DNA of 64,000 nt from Octopus vulgaris (Eukaryota), in the NCBI GenBank assembly GCA_951406725.2, contig OX597814.1, positions 168,578,001 to 168,642,000 on the forward strand, read 5' to 3'. The position numbers and the translations under genes were made by a program. The notes under the pieces were generated by a model, which worked only from the letters and a program-made list of their open reading frames with translations, did not search any database and was not told the origin of the DNA. Positions within the stretch are counted from its first letter, which is position 1; every line of letters begins with the position of its first letter. Below, one piece after another: positions 51,101 to 64,000 of this stretch.

Positions 51101-51533
51101 GGAATCTTTTCGGTTTGAACGGCAGTTTTTTCTAGCGGTGTCATATGAAATTGTCACCCATAATTATGACCCTAGAATCGATCTATTGCATTTCAATCTG
51201 TTTTAGGGTTAGGGTTAGTTAAGGTTAGGGTTAGGGGTGGGGGAAGGGTATCTTTTTTCTTCACAAATGTAAATAAACCCAATCTGTTTCCTAAACGAAG
51301 CACATATTCATACGGCACAGAATGCTTTTTAACTCAATAGACGTCACTAATTGGTTGAAATTGCAGAAACTGAAGAAGAAAAAACAACAAATATCTTACA
51401 AACTATAGAATTTTCTCAATAACACCAAGAGAAAAAGATGTTTTATAAACACATTCTACCAGTATACGAAGTTTAAAATTTTTTAGTTACCTAGAAATTA
51501 TGTTAAAAACTGCCGTTCAAACCGAAAAGATCC
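51101..51533. mobile_element. GGATC-family MITE with a TTAGGG array, inserted in a SINE A copy
   Basis: Same subfamily as 43901-44299; TSD aatactgg / aatacggg; ttagggttagggttagttaaggttagggttagggg at about 51203-51237. Confidence 0.88.
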
Positions 51534-51634
51534 AATACGGGTGGGGGGGGGGGTGCGACGGTATCGACTTATTCCCTCTTCTCACCTCAAAATTACTGTC
51601 CTTTTGTCTAAATCAGAAATATTTTGTCTCTAAA

Positions 51635-52780
51635 GGAGAATTGTTAGGTGTCGGACAAAATGTCTTATAGTAGATAGTTATGCTACTTTTTTTCGTTCTG
51701 TGTTCAAATCTGACCGAGGTCAACAAACATTTCATCACTCCGGATCTGTAAAGTACTAGGAGAGATATAACTGATTAATCCTCCATCTTCCAAATTTCAG
51801 GCCTTCATCTGAAATTAGAAACAATTATGTTGTTCCTAAAAAATATTGGTTTCAAATTTTGGCACAAAGCCAGCAATTTCAAGAAAGGGAATTAGTCGAT
51901 TACATCGACCCCAGTGATCAACTGTTACTTATTTTATCGACCTCAAAAAGATGAAAAGCAAAGTCGAATTCAGAACGTAAAGACGGACGAAATGCCGCAA
52001 AGCATTTTACCCAGCGTACTAAAGATTCTGCCAGCTCGCGGCTTTATTACATCCCCACCACCAAATATTGATTTCTGAGCTGGCAGAAAGGTTAGCACGC
52101 CGGGCGAAATGCTTAGTGGTATTTCGCCTGCCGTTACGTTCTGAGTTCAAATTCCGTCGAGGTCGACTTTGCCTTTCATCCTTTCGGGGGTCGATTAAAT
52201 AAGTACCTGTTACGCACTGGGGTCGATATAATCGACTTAATCCGTTTGTCTGTCCTTGTTTGTCCTCTCTATGTTTGTCTGTCCTTGTTTGTCCCTTGTG
52301 GGTAGTAAAGAAATAGGTATTTCGCCTGTTTTTACGTTCTGAGTTCAAATTCCGCCGAGGTTGACTTTGCCTTTCATCCTTTCGGGGTCGATAAATTAAG
52401 TACCTGTTGCGTACTGGTCGATCTAATCGATTGGCCCCACCTCCCCCAAAATTTCGAGCTTTGCGCCTAGAGTAGAAAAGAAACAAAGCCAGACAAAGGG
52501 ATTAAGTCGACTACATCGACCCAGTGCGTAACTGGTACTTATTTAATCGATCCCAAAAGGATGAAAGGCAAAGTCGACCTCGGCGGAATTTGAACTCAGA
52601 ACGTAACGGTAGACGAAATACTGCAAAACATTTCGCCCGGCGTGCTAGCGATTCTGTCAGCTCACTGCACTTTGTACCTATTATATTGATACCAAAAAGA
52701 TGAAATCCAAGATCGACTTCCGCAGAGTATGAATTCAGCACATGAATGAACGAAACCAAAATACCACAAGATAGTTTTTT
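51635..52780. mobile_element. Alternating-orientation cluster of SINE family A copies, including a dimer at 52077-52480
   Basis: + at 51635-51820, - at 51845-52043, + dimer at 52077-52480, - at 52482-52665. Confidence 0.8.
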
Positions 52781-53089
52781 TCTGCCGGTTATCCACATTT
52801 GTCAAGCGATCATTCCTCTCAAAATACTAACATTTCCGTTTTCAGCTGTATTAAGCATTCTGATATTTATTTTTCAAGAAATCCTAATGGTTGGTTTTTG
52901 GTTATTCAAAAGGAAAGAAAAATATCGTAAACATGGAATTGAAATTTATTTCGGGGTTTTCTTGGATTGAAGCATAAAGTTCGGGAAAAAAGAAAGACAA
53001 AAAAAAAAAAAAGAAAATGCAAAACGTGAGATAAGCAATTGGAATTCGAAGTTGAACTGGAATTTAAAATTAAAATATCTGTTTCCAGT

Positions 53090-53121
<32 letters not shown>

Positions 53122-53931
53122 GTGTACATATGTATACATACATATGTGTGTGTATGTCCTTGGATATTATATATATGTATATAATTTGTGAATGAATAAG
53201 ATTTTCGGCGTAAAGTGATTTATCTTCCAAGCACAAATTTGAAGCAAAACAGATAAACGGGTTTTCTGATTCGAGCCGCCAATCCAATTCTGTAAGTTCT
53301 CTTTATCGAAACTCCAATTAAACACTTGGTATTCCAAACCAATGACACTGTAAATACTCGGAACGAGTAAAACCGAAGTACTCATCTCTCATAAAAACAA
53401 TGATACATGAATCACAGAGGTGAGCTGTCCTTCAGACCATACCCTACAGACTAAAAAAAATAGAAGAAACTACTGAATAACTCGGTCCTGGTTATACTAT
53501 GTCTGATAAAAGACAAGATAGAATGGTTATGATTTACCTTGATCAAAGGTAAATTTGGTCAAGAATCGCTTAAGGCTAAACAACAACATTATAAATTACA
53601 TTATAAATCAGGTACGTGATTTCGCGCTTACGGGATTGTAAGTATGACCACAAATTTCAGGATATTGCTTGTATTTTCACTCTTATAGAAACGGGTAAAT
53701 TTTGTGAATTTAAAAGCTTTACTTCTCAGCCAAAAGGCCGGTTTTCAGCGTTCTAGCAAAAATCAAAATATTTAGATTAAAAAGCTATAATCATAATATA
53801 CAAACACACGCACGATTGTGTGTGTGTATGCAAGTGTCTGTGTATTCGTCATTGTAAATATGAGCTATCAGTTGGAAATTTTCACTGAATGTGTGTGTGT
53901 GTTAATGTATATTTTCTTGGATCACAATAAG

Positions 53932-54033
<102 letters not shown>

Positions 54034-54397
54034 ATAACCAACTGGCAACAACATTAATAAATTCAACATGATAGCAATGACAGTAGCTACGTATATTGTA
54101 TGTCAACATAGCAGGGAGGGAATAGTAAATTGCAGAATTTTTATAGCTCAGATCAGAGGTGCAAGTGGAAGTGTTCATGATCTTGTAATCCGTCTACTAA
54201 CTATAATCATACAGTACTTCATTTCACCACACTCTTTCAGCCTTTTATCTTTTCATTTGCATTCTTAAATAAGACAATAAGTTTCTACTCTCACAAAGCA
54301 GTTCTTTCCTGGTGCTAATTTTTACTACATATTGTTTGTGGATAATTGTTAATCACTAGAGCTATTTGATTTACATACAATTCAAGATATCTGGAAA

Positions 54398-55716
54398 GAA
54401 GCCATCAAATGGACAAAGGAACTGTAAAAGGATTACATTAGATATTAAATTAGCTGTTTAAAAAAGACTTGATGCGAGAGAGAAAAAATAATCAACCACG
54501 TTGCTAAAACATTAAAGCTTACGTAACACTAAAGAAAATTAAATCAAGTGCTCAAGAAATTACGTTTTCATCTGTTTGAACTTTATTTTTTTTTTATAGA
54601 TCTAATGTGGTGCTTAAAATGGAAAGGTCCTTGGGTACAGGGATCGAAAAAATATATGGCCAGGCTGTATCTTCACAAGATTTTCATAAGCAGAAAATCT
54701 CCTTTAAATTCGGAAAGATATTGTGACACTTGCAAATGATGTCGGGTTTGAAGAAGCTGCAGAAGGTGGTGTAGTTGAGTTGCTTGTGCCCCGCAGAGGA
54801 AGTTTATCAAAAGAGGAGCTTGTGTCATTAGAACAAAAGCAAACTAAGAATACAAATGAGAAGAATGGAAATTTTAGCAAGTACACTTAAGTTGACTGCA
54901 AAGAACATTGCTAAAGGCTTGATACTTATTGAGGAAGGTCCGCAAGATTTCATTGATAACAAACCTAATTGTGAACGTAACAAAAAAATTACAGAACGAG
55001 TTCACAATGAGCTCAGTTCCTGCTCTGAACTGTTCAAAGCCATAATGCACAATAAACATCAAAGATCTTCATCCACCACGTAGATGTTGATAAGATAGAA
55101 GATAGTGCCCCTCATCCTTCCAGTAACTCTCATTCCATTATCACTGCTTAGACACTAGTAAACACCGTTTCAAGTATGTACAAACCGTTCTTTGATATTA
55201 CAATTCTCATTTTTTGTCCAAGCATATTTCACTTCAAATGTTTCTATGCATAGATATCGGCGAGCTGGCAGAAACGTTAGCATACCGGGCGAAATGCTTG
55301 GCGGTATTGCGTCTGTCGTTGCGTTCTGAGTTCAAATTTCGCCGAGGTCGACTTTGCCTTTCATCCTTTCGGAGTCGATAAATTAAGTACCAGTTACGCA
55401 CTGGGTCGATGTAATCGACTTAATCCGTTTGTCTGTCTTTGTTTGTCCCCTCTATGTTTAGCCCCTTGTGGCCAATAAAGAAACAGATATCGTGCTGTAT
55501 ATGTTAAAGAATTGTTATTTTCATGCGTAAAACTATTCATCATGCTTTTTTATTTATTTTAATTTTTTTATTTTTGCAAGTCTTGTCGAAAATATCAGCT
55601 GGAACGCTTGACCGTTTTATGACATGTAAACCAACAGGAAAATTAATTTCACGTTACATGATTTCGCTTTACAAGTTTTCGGGGACGCATAACAACCGTA
55701 ACGTGGAAATTCCTGT
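54398..55716 (+). pseudogene. Tigger/pogo transposase remnant (CENP-B HTH and C-terminal acidic region) with right TIR
   Basis: CKRITLDIKLAV*KRLDARE near 54425; IRKDIVTLANDVGFEEAAEGGVVELL...LSKEELVSLEQ near 54710; ends ...cgtaacgtggaaattcctg-TA; DDE core absent. Confidence 0.7.
55259..55484 (+). mobile_element. SINE family A with 8-bp TSD
   Basis: agatatcg at 55252-55259 and 55485-55492. Confidence 0.85.
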
Positions 55717-55720
55717 ATAA

Positions 55721-55956
55721 AAGGCGGCGAGCTGGCAGAAACGTTAGGACGGCGGGCGAAATGCGTAGCCGTATTTCGTCTGCCGTTACGTTCTGAGTTC
55801 AAATTCCGCCGAGGTCGACTTTGCCTTTCATCCGTTCGGGGTCGATAAATTAAGTACCAGTTACGCACTGGGGTTGATATAATCGACTTAATCCGTTTGT
55901 CTGTCCTTGTTTGTCCCCTCTGTGTTTAGCCCCTTGTGGGTAGTAAAGAAATAGGT
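55721..55956 (+). mobile_element. SINE family A, full length, with 13-bp TSD
   Basis: aattcctgtataa at 55708-55720 and 55957-55969. Confidence 0.92.
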
Positions 55957-56199
55957 AATTCCTGTATAATGATTATGAACGTATATTCTCTTCGTTTGAA
56001 CTACAACACTCAAGAAGTGTCGGGTTTTTTTACACACAACTTTCTATCTCTTCAGACATCGCTAAAGAATTTTAATTTCGTTCAATCTATTTAGGTAACA
56101 TTTTCATTTCAACCAATCTATTTAAAATGTTGAAAATGCACTTACTGGTTGTGTAAGAATATAGTTTTCATTAGCAAACGCAGTACTTTCTTAACCCAC

Positions 56200-56398
56200 C
56201 TACTCAAAATAATCGATATATCTCACATACACAAGTAAACTTGTATGGTTCCCGGTAACTGTTGCTTTACAGAAAGTAAAAAACCACTGCCTGCGAGCTC
56301 TGGCTTCTCGTTTGCAGCTGCGTATTTTTACTTTCTTGTCCGTAGGATCTCTTTCAGCTTCACGTAATTCTCCTTCTTGTCTCTCTTTCTGTAGCGGT
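56200..56398 (-). other. Candidate exon of an unidentified transcript
   Basis: Strong acceptor (T-rich tract, gtcttAG), AG/GTGGGT donor and non-repetitive purine-rich content. Possible frames RYRKRDKKENYVKLKEILRTRK* or RPLQKERQEG...DYFE*. Confidence 0.25.
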
Positions 56399-57255
56399 CT
56401 AAGACAAAAAACAAAAACAAAAATGACAGACATTACGTGTAACTATGGAAACAAGATGAATTCATTTCATAACTATTATATCTTTCACATGTTTCAGTCA
56501 TTTGACTCCGACCATGCTGGGGCATCGCCTTAAAGGGTTTTAGTCGAAGAGGTCGACCACAGTACTTCTGTTTTTAAGTCTGATGCTTATTTTATTGGTT
56601 TCTTTTGCTGAATCACAAAATTACGGGGACGTAAACAAACTAACACCAGTTGTCAAGCGGTTGGTGAGGACAAACACAAGCACAAAGTCAGACGGACACA
56701 TACACATGCTTATATTCATGCATACATACACACACGCAAGCACACACACACACACAGACAGACAGATACACACACACACACACACACATTCATATATGCT
56801 TAGGCAAATTGGTAACTAGCTACGAATTCAAACACAAAAGCAAAGACATCAAAGGATCGTTCAGTGAATATAATTAGTTTGATGCTCGAAGAAAGTTATA
56901 GTGGGAAAGTTAAGAGTAGAAATATGACGTTTAAGACGAGCTGTTCGTCGGATATGCAAATGAAAGTTCAGAGAAGAGAACTAGAGGAATGAAGGAAGGA
57001 AGGAAGAAACGATAAGAACGGATAGTCAGAAAAAAAGCACGTGTATGGCTTCACGAACGAAAAAAATAATTGACTGTAAGTTAGAGAAAGAAAAAATATG
57101 TTTTTTGTAGATTAACCTACAGATTAAATTAATAGAAAGGCTAAGAACTCCCATAAAATCACTGATCTGTAGAACATACCCTTTTGAAAGAAACCCGTTG
57201 TATGGATAGGAACTGTATAGTGTGTAAAGGAAGCTCACGGGTAAACAGTAAAACT

Positions 57256-57480
57256 GGGAATGTAGTCTAGAGTATAAGGTGTACAGAGGGACGGTGAAGA
57301 ACCAGGACAACGACGTATATTGCAGAGACAGCACGTAGCATAGGTGAAAGGGTAAGTGAACACTGGCGTGCACTCAAGGAGGAAAATAAGCTCGTCAGTG
57401 CTATACCAGCATGCTCAGAACATGGTAGCTTGGTTGATAACATATATGTTAAGATCTTATCGACATTTAGAACAGACACG
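57256..57480 (+). pseudogene. Penelope-like element GIY-YIG endonuclease pseudogene (second lineage)
   Basis: GNVV*SIRC...YIAETARSIGERVSEHWRAL...VKIL matches the VVY..C..YIGET.R....R..EH pattern. Confidence 0.8.
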
Positions 57481-58921
57481 ACATTCAAATCACAGAGGCC
57501 TCACATATTGTAGAAAATAGACCGAGCGTCTACTGAAAACGTGAATGGAGTTATAACACTCCCCACTCTACCACACTACGCGAACTGACGACTGAAAACA
57601 ATGGAAAACAATAAAAAACACGGGTACAAACAGTATAATATACAAACCCGTATACACGCACACAAGACACATACACATACTAAACACATAGACATACTAA
57701 CAGATACAGATGTAAATGCATTCACAGATAGGAATACACACCACAGAGAGACAAAATGAAATAAACTGGACAAGACCAGGGAAAATAAGAGACACGAAGA
57801 CAGAAAGTCATTGAAAAGGTCACATAATGTTTGATGAACGAACTCTGACAAATAAACTAACAACAACAATAATAATAATATTTAATAATAATAATAATGA
57901 TAATAAGGTTAAAGTGAAGATCAAATATGCGTATGTTTAATTGGCAAAAGATGACCATCTCCGAATATAACAATATGTTTCAACACACGATTTTACATCA
58001 GGAATCTTGCAAAACAAATACATAAATAATCTGTCTGTTTGTCTCTCCCCACCTGTGTGTATGTGTGTGTGTGTACACACGGCGGGCTCAGCGATTCCAT
58101 CTACAAAATCACTCACAAGGTCTTGATTGGTCTGGGGTATAAAGTAGAAAACACCTGTCCAAGGTACCATGTAGTAGGATTGAACCCGAAATCTCCTTGT
58201 TGCAAAGCGAGCTTCATAACTACACAACTATACCTGATTAAAAAAACAATACAGGCTTCACAAACAATTATCCTAACAATCTTAGATGATTTTGGTTCGG
58301 TTGGCAATCGTACAACAAAAATAGTATGGTCGATTAGAGCAAAATACATATGCTACAACAACAAAAAAAATTAAACATTTTAAAAACCAATATTAAGTAT
58401 TACTTACCAAAAAATGCTATAACGTAATATCATAAATGGACTTAAATCAGCTTCTATCAACATTTCTGGCAACCGACATGAGTTTTTTAGTTTCACATTC
58501 AATATCTTGAAAAGGAAACCATTGTAGTTCAAAGAACATGTGTGGCCAGCTGAATTTTGGTTGCTTGTAGACAGATTTATGAGAATTTATGATCAATATT
58601 AATGAAATCTTTTGTAAATAATACTTAATATTATTTTTACGCCGTTTAATTTTGCTGTTAATATGTGCTTTATCCTAACCAAACATACGATTTTTGCTGT
58701 ATCTTTCCAAACCCTGGCACTTTTTTTCATATGAAGTAAATTACATTAGTATTTTTTACATCAAATGAAATTCGTCACAGAAGGTGGGTCTCCTCACCAA
58801 GGCTGAAAACTACTTCAACCCAAAACAAATCCCAACTACACACTGAGCAGTGATTATCTCAGATTTTCAATTCAGCACTGCTTGGCTCTATACCTTATCT
58901 CCCATGTCTTCCTACCTTACA

Positions 58922-59137
58922 ATATTGGTTTCATATTTTGGCACAAGACCAGCAATTTTGGGATAAGGGACAAGTCGATTACATCAACCCCAAGGTTCAA
59001 CTAGTACTTATTTTATCGACCTCGAAAGGATGAAAGGCAATGTTGATCTCGGCGGAATTTGAACTCAGGATGTAAGAACGGGTGGAATGCTGCTAAGCAT
59101 TTTACCCGGGGTCCTAACGATTCTGCCAGCTCACCGC
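58922..59137 (-). mobile_element. SINE family A variant
   Basis: Family match. Confidence 0.8.
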
Positions 59138-59204
59138 AACACAGGCGAATGCTATTTCACAACACTATAACTCAGGTAATAATTCAGAAAATTTCAAATA
59201 CTCT

Positions 59205-59406
59205 CTCTTTTTACTCTTTACTCTTTTACTTGTTTCAATCATTTGACTGCGCCCATGCTGGAGTACTGCCTTTAGTCGAGCAAATCGACCCCAGGACTTT
59301 GTAAGCCTAGTACTTATTCTATCGGTCTCTTTTGCCGAACCGCTAAGTTACGGGGACGTAAACACACCAGCATCGGTTGTCAAGCGATGTTGGGGGGACA
59401 AACACA

Positions 59407-59466
<60 letters not shown>

Positions 59467-59643
59467 CATATATATATATACGACGGGCTTCTTTCAATTT
59501 CCGTCTACCATATCCTCTCACAAGGCTTTGGTCGGCCCGAGGCTATAGTAGAAGACACTTACACAAGGTGCCACGCAGTGGGACTGAACCCGGAACCATG
59601 TGGTTGGTAAGCAAGCTACTTACCACACAGCCACTCCTACGCC
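59205..59643 (-). mobile_element. SINE family B, full length
   Basis: Head ggcgtaggagtggctgtgtggtaag, CORE-like motif, internal TA/TG tract, tail (gagtaaa)n. Confidence 0.9.
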
Positions 59644-59697
59644 TAAATAAGTACCAATATAGCAAAAGCCCCCCTTAAAAACTCTATATACCATTAA

Positions 59698-59915
59698 CCC
59701 TTTAGTATTTAAATAGGCCATAACCAACCCAAATATTTTATCAGTTTTATGTTCAAACTGGACAGATCCGGCCTCTCACACCAACCATAAAATGTCATTC
59801 TAAAAATAAAAAGGCACATCATCGACACCTCGAAACTGTGATAATGCGTGATTAATTCGAAACAATGTGATTAAATAAGTATTACATTCGACAGAGTAAT
59901 TTGAATGCTGAAAGG
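59698..59915. mobile_element. piggyBac-type MITE
   Basis: TTAA on both sides; ends ccctttagtatttaaa / tttgaatgctgaaagg. Confidence 0.65.
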
Positions 59916-62147
59916 TTAAGTAATCCCCCATGTGATACGACTCACTTTAGGAACCATTGCTTGATACTAAATGGCCTAAATCAAAGACAGAACCTCAACG
60001 TGGTCGTCCGACCTGCTAGAAAAAGTAGTAGCTAAATTTTTCTTAATCGCATCTCCCTAAATTAGTAAATATAGACATGCTGGCGATTAACATATATGTT
60101 GTTGCCGTAAAGAAAGGAAAAGACCTGACATTTCGAGCTCTCTATGCTGTTTTCTTGATGTCGTGATAGTGATGAAGATCGATAGGAGGCTGATAAGACA
60201 GATAAAAAGGCTGAACATGGAGAGTGAAAGAGGATTTGAAAAGTTTAACACGACAATGGGAATGGTAAGCACCACCAGTCTGTGAGAGAGTTAGCGTAAG
60301 AGTGCTTGTATGTGTGAGTGGGGAAACTTAATGTATGTGTGAACCTGTGTGCCAGAAGGACAGATGTAAGGAAATTAATCTATTATTGATATCGTGGGAT
60401 GAGGATGTGCCCAATCTAAAGATGAGTCTTTCTTCACGAAGTTGTCTAGTAAAAGAAAATCCGTGGTGTTGGAGAAATCTCAAGACAGAGAGGTACTAGT
60501 CAAAGTGGCAAATTGAAATGGTAAACCATTTCATAGAGGTGTTATGGTGAACTATCCTACAGCATCAACAACACGTTCACTTTCTTGTACCTTACTTCGT
60601 GACTTTGGTACAGTACACAGGCTCATACATTCCTATTCGCATTTGCTTGCCCTGCAAGAGATAGCAGCAAAATCTCACCCCCGAATCATACCTAACTATC
60701 TTAGGAAATGACACACTGGACAATATGCTCCTGAGTTCCCCCAGTACATAGGAAAAAGATGAGATGGTCAAGGCTGGATGCCTATGATTATGTCTGCATG
60801 ACGAGAACCTGGGACGAAATAACAATAACGGCAGCCACGATTGTTCACTCTTGACCACATGCACTACATTCACACAGACGTGATCCTGCCTCTGACATCA
60901 ACTAGCTTCTCACACACATACACACACGTGCACTCATACGCAGTACACACACACAAACTCGCATGACTAATGTACACGCAAATATATACATTGACCTAAC
61001 GTGCGTCACACACATACACACATGTGCGCACATTCATACACTCATTGTAACAGGTACGCACGTACCCCCACCCCCACATACATATACTAACTGGTACTAA
61101 TTATCATTCTCAATGAGCATGGCTGATATTACAGCTCACTATCTATTCTCCTCTACGTACCATAGCTTCCAGGTAAAAGTACACTTCCTAACCTCTATAA
61201 ATGGCCTGAGGTCAAAACGTGGATTTTTTTTCCTGTTCCTCACGGCAACTACATAGATTTTTTTAATAACTGGCATATTTCTTTTGGATTAATAGTTACC
61301 GCTTTCCTGCGATTTTTGGTTTTATCTTGGAAAAAGGACATATTCAATAATGTAACGCTAATTATGATACTACACCTGAACAAAAAAGACGTATACTATA
61401 TTTTTATAATGAGTTAATCATAGTAGGGTAGAAGAAGCCTCTTTAAGATTAAGTGTGCTTGTGATTGAAGGTCAGTGTTTGCAGAAAAAGCATAAGCATG
61501 ATTGAACACCACGTATCCATTTCCAAGTTAGTTTATCTTATATATGTGTGTGTATGTATATATATATATATATATGCATGTATATATATAGTTCATAGAT
61601 GAACTGATGACATTCCAGATGTTTTCCGTATAAAGTACACTTCGTAGTACTGAAAATATTCAAACTTGAGCGGTTATAGAAGCAAATGTGGGGACAAGCA
61701 AGTTAGACAGATCAATATATAAAGGTATATTAAATACATGAAATACAAAATATGTATATATGTATACATGTAAAAAAGTCGAACTTACACAGAGTACAAA
61801 TGATATAGAAAATTAAAGGAGTGGAAGAAAGGTATTATAAATCCAACAGCTGTTTCTGGGGGGCTTGGTGATCCATAATGATGTTTGAAGATTAATCAGA
61901 GAATGCGGCCGTATGGATGCATTTAACATAGAATGAGAGAAGCTTCTGTGTTGAGGGAAGAAATCTTACATTTGACATCTCAAAGCAGAGAAGTTCAAAG
62001 ATATGTATGTATATATATATATATATATGTTTATCACGGAATCGGCCAGACTATTGGATGTTGTTATACATCGCTGGTCACAATGCACTTCACATCGTCT
62101 CTCAGCTATCGAATAATGTCAACACCGGTAGTTAGGCGAGCAGGCTA

Positions 62148-62198
<51 letters not shown>

Positions 62199-64000
62199 GC
62201 AAAACACTGCTGATTTACAAAGTAATGATTTATGCACTAGAGGAGCTATAATATATTTGTTAGTGCCATGTAAATGATCAACAAATACAAAATTAACATC
62301 TATTACATGATTCAATAAATGAACAGGAATTGAGAATTTCTATTTTACAATGTTTAATGTTTAGAAATGTCTTCTCTGTTTTTCTTTTTTTTTTAATAAG
62401 TTTATTTTATTGGAATTAATTTTGGAAAGAGATTGTGAGTGTACATGACTCTTGTGAACATTGTATTATATGTACATGGATAATTGAATCTATCACAATC
62501 AATGAATGACATTTTTAGATAGTTTTAGATACAGTCTAGTATGTCAGTTTGATCGGCAGTTTGCTTGCCTGTGAGTTTGTTTGCTTGTTTGTTTGTTTGT
62601 GTGTCCTTGTGTATGCGCCCGTGTCTGTGTGTGCGTGCGTGCGTTTTTGCAGCAGGAATGTCCCCTACGTTAGAAGCAGTACTCCGATTTCTATATCAAA
62701 TATTTTCGGTTCAGGTCAGAAACTCCGTATATTTGTCACTGAGGAGACCAAACCAGGTTGAAACAACCTGTCTGACGATCTCCTGACATTCTGAGCAAAG
62801 CTATGTCTTTTCTTTTTATTATACAAGTGTCTTTCAGAAGTTTCTCAAAGACAAAATATAACAGCATTTGGCATTCCATGTTTGTATGTACATTATAAAT
62901 ATACATACGTGTGTAAAACATTTTTGAACCCTTCATAAATTAAAATAGCTTCTTAAGTTTGGTGGATCCTTGAAAATAAATTGTACCGCTAATTTTTTTC
63001 TCTATTGTTTCCATCCCTAGAACATGCTTTCTGTTCTTTTGAAATTTCTGTTTCTATAACATTCCCAATGTGGGAATCTAAATGCTAGAAATAACAACGA
63101 AATTCTATCAAATCACACGCTACTACCTTACAAAAGAAAAAAAACCCTACCACTTGAAATAGCGTAGTCTGAGATTTACTATTTTTTTTTAAAGAACAAA
63201 ACTGGGTGGTTTTGGCGGGACCGTCTTTTGATCTTGTCTGTTCGATCAGTGTTGATCAGGGGCCAAAGGACAATAACAACCTCTCCTTTTCTCATTTTAG
63301 TCATGTTTTTGTCTCCCTCTCAGATTCCATCCTAAATACTCTGCCAAATTCTTCACCCCACTTCCAGTGCCACAACTGCATTCGTTTGGTCCGCCTTTCG
63401 TGTTTCTGTATTTCCTTCAACAATTTTAACTCGACTTCAAATGTATTAACTACCCCACTCCCCCATCCGCACTCATTCCACTCCTTTGGCTAAGGGAAAG
63501 GTCTAAAAGGGGAGAACCATTAGTGTGCTGTCTCTCCTCCTTATACTGACGAATCGAAAAACCAGAAACGAAAGCAAACAAACAAATAAATAAATCTATT
63601 TGAATTACAAATCTGTGATTTGGAATAATTTTATCGATTATTTTGTTCTGCAATTTCATCCGATTTATAGAATCAGTATACTTTTTTTTATGTCTTTATA
63701 AAAAAATTACTCTAAAATCTTCAGATCACACAAGGCATGACTGTATTTTCGGCAATTTTGAAAGCACTATTATTATTAGTTTCGCTTATTATGGTTTTGT
63801 TTTAGTCATTTCTACATGCAACGCTGGCCATAACGTAGCCAATGACGTTTATTGAATAAAAAAAAAAGGAAAAGAAAAAAAAAAGAAAAAAGATCATTGC
63901 TTGCTGAAAACAACTGTACTAAATTATGTTTTATGAATGAAAGACAGAATAAAATTTGTAAAAATAAATAAATGATATGGACACAGTCATGGCTATGTGG

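Noticed and set aside
60560-60830. Apparent LINE endonuclease-like peptide fragments
   Set aside because: Most of the segment is better explained as a family D repeat copy; peptide similarity is too weak
61845-61960. GAAACAGCTGTT stem III-like motif on the minus strand (similar trace at about 6820-6950)
   Set aside because: No intact CUGANGA core or convincing stem II; possibly decayed PLE ends but unsupported

Overview
AT-rich, microsatellite-saturated eukaryotic DNA with no recognisable intact protein-coding gene. Nearly all supplied ORFs are simple-repeat or TE artefacts. The repeat families look like an octopod cephalopod (Octopus-type) genome; this is an inference from remembered SINE families. 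Retroelement content: at least three tRNA-derived SINE families in dozens of copies, RTE/BovB-type LINE remnants, two Penelope-like GIY-YIG pseudogene fragments, and one or two solo LTRs. DNA transposon content: two near-full mariner pseudo-elements, a DD37D (maT) fragment, Tigger/pogo and piggyBac-type MITEs, a non-autonomous Helitron, and four GGATCTTTTC-ended, 8-bp-TSD MITEs, two of which carry TTAGGG repeats. Most interesting observations: (i) recurrent hammerhead-ribozyme-like cores, two inside fold-back inverted repeats; (ii) the GGATC MITE family, including one copy whose target duplication equals its own TIR start; (iii) a CpG-poor to CpG-rich transition near 22-25 kb that coincides with a candidate minus-strand TATA/Inr promoter and first intron. 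Coordinates were read by eye and may be off by a few bases at degenerate ends.
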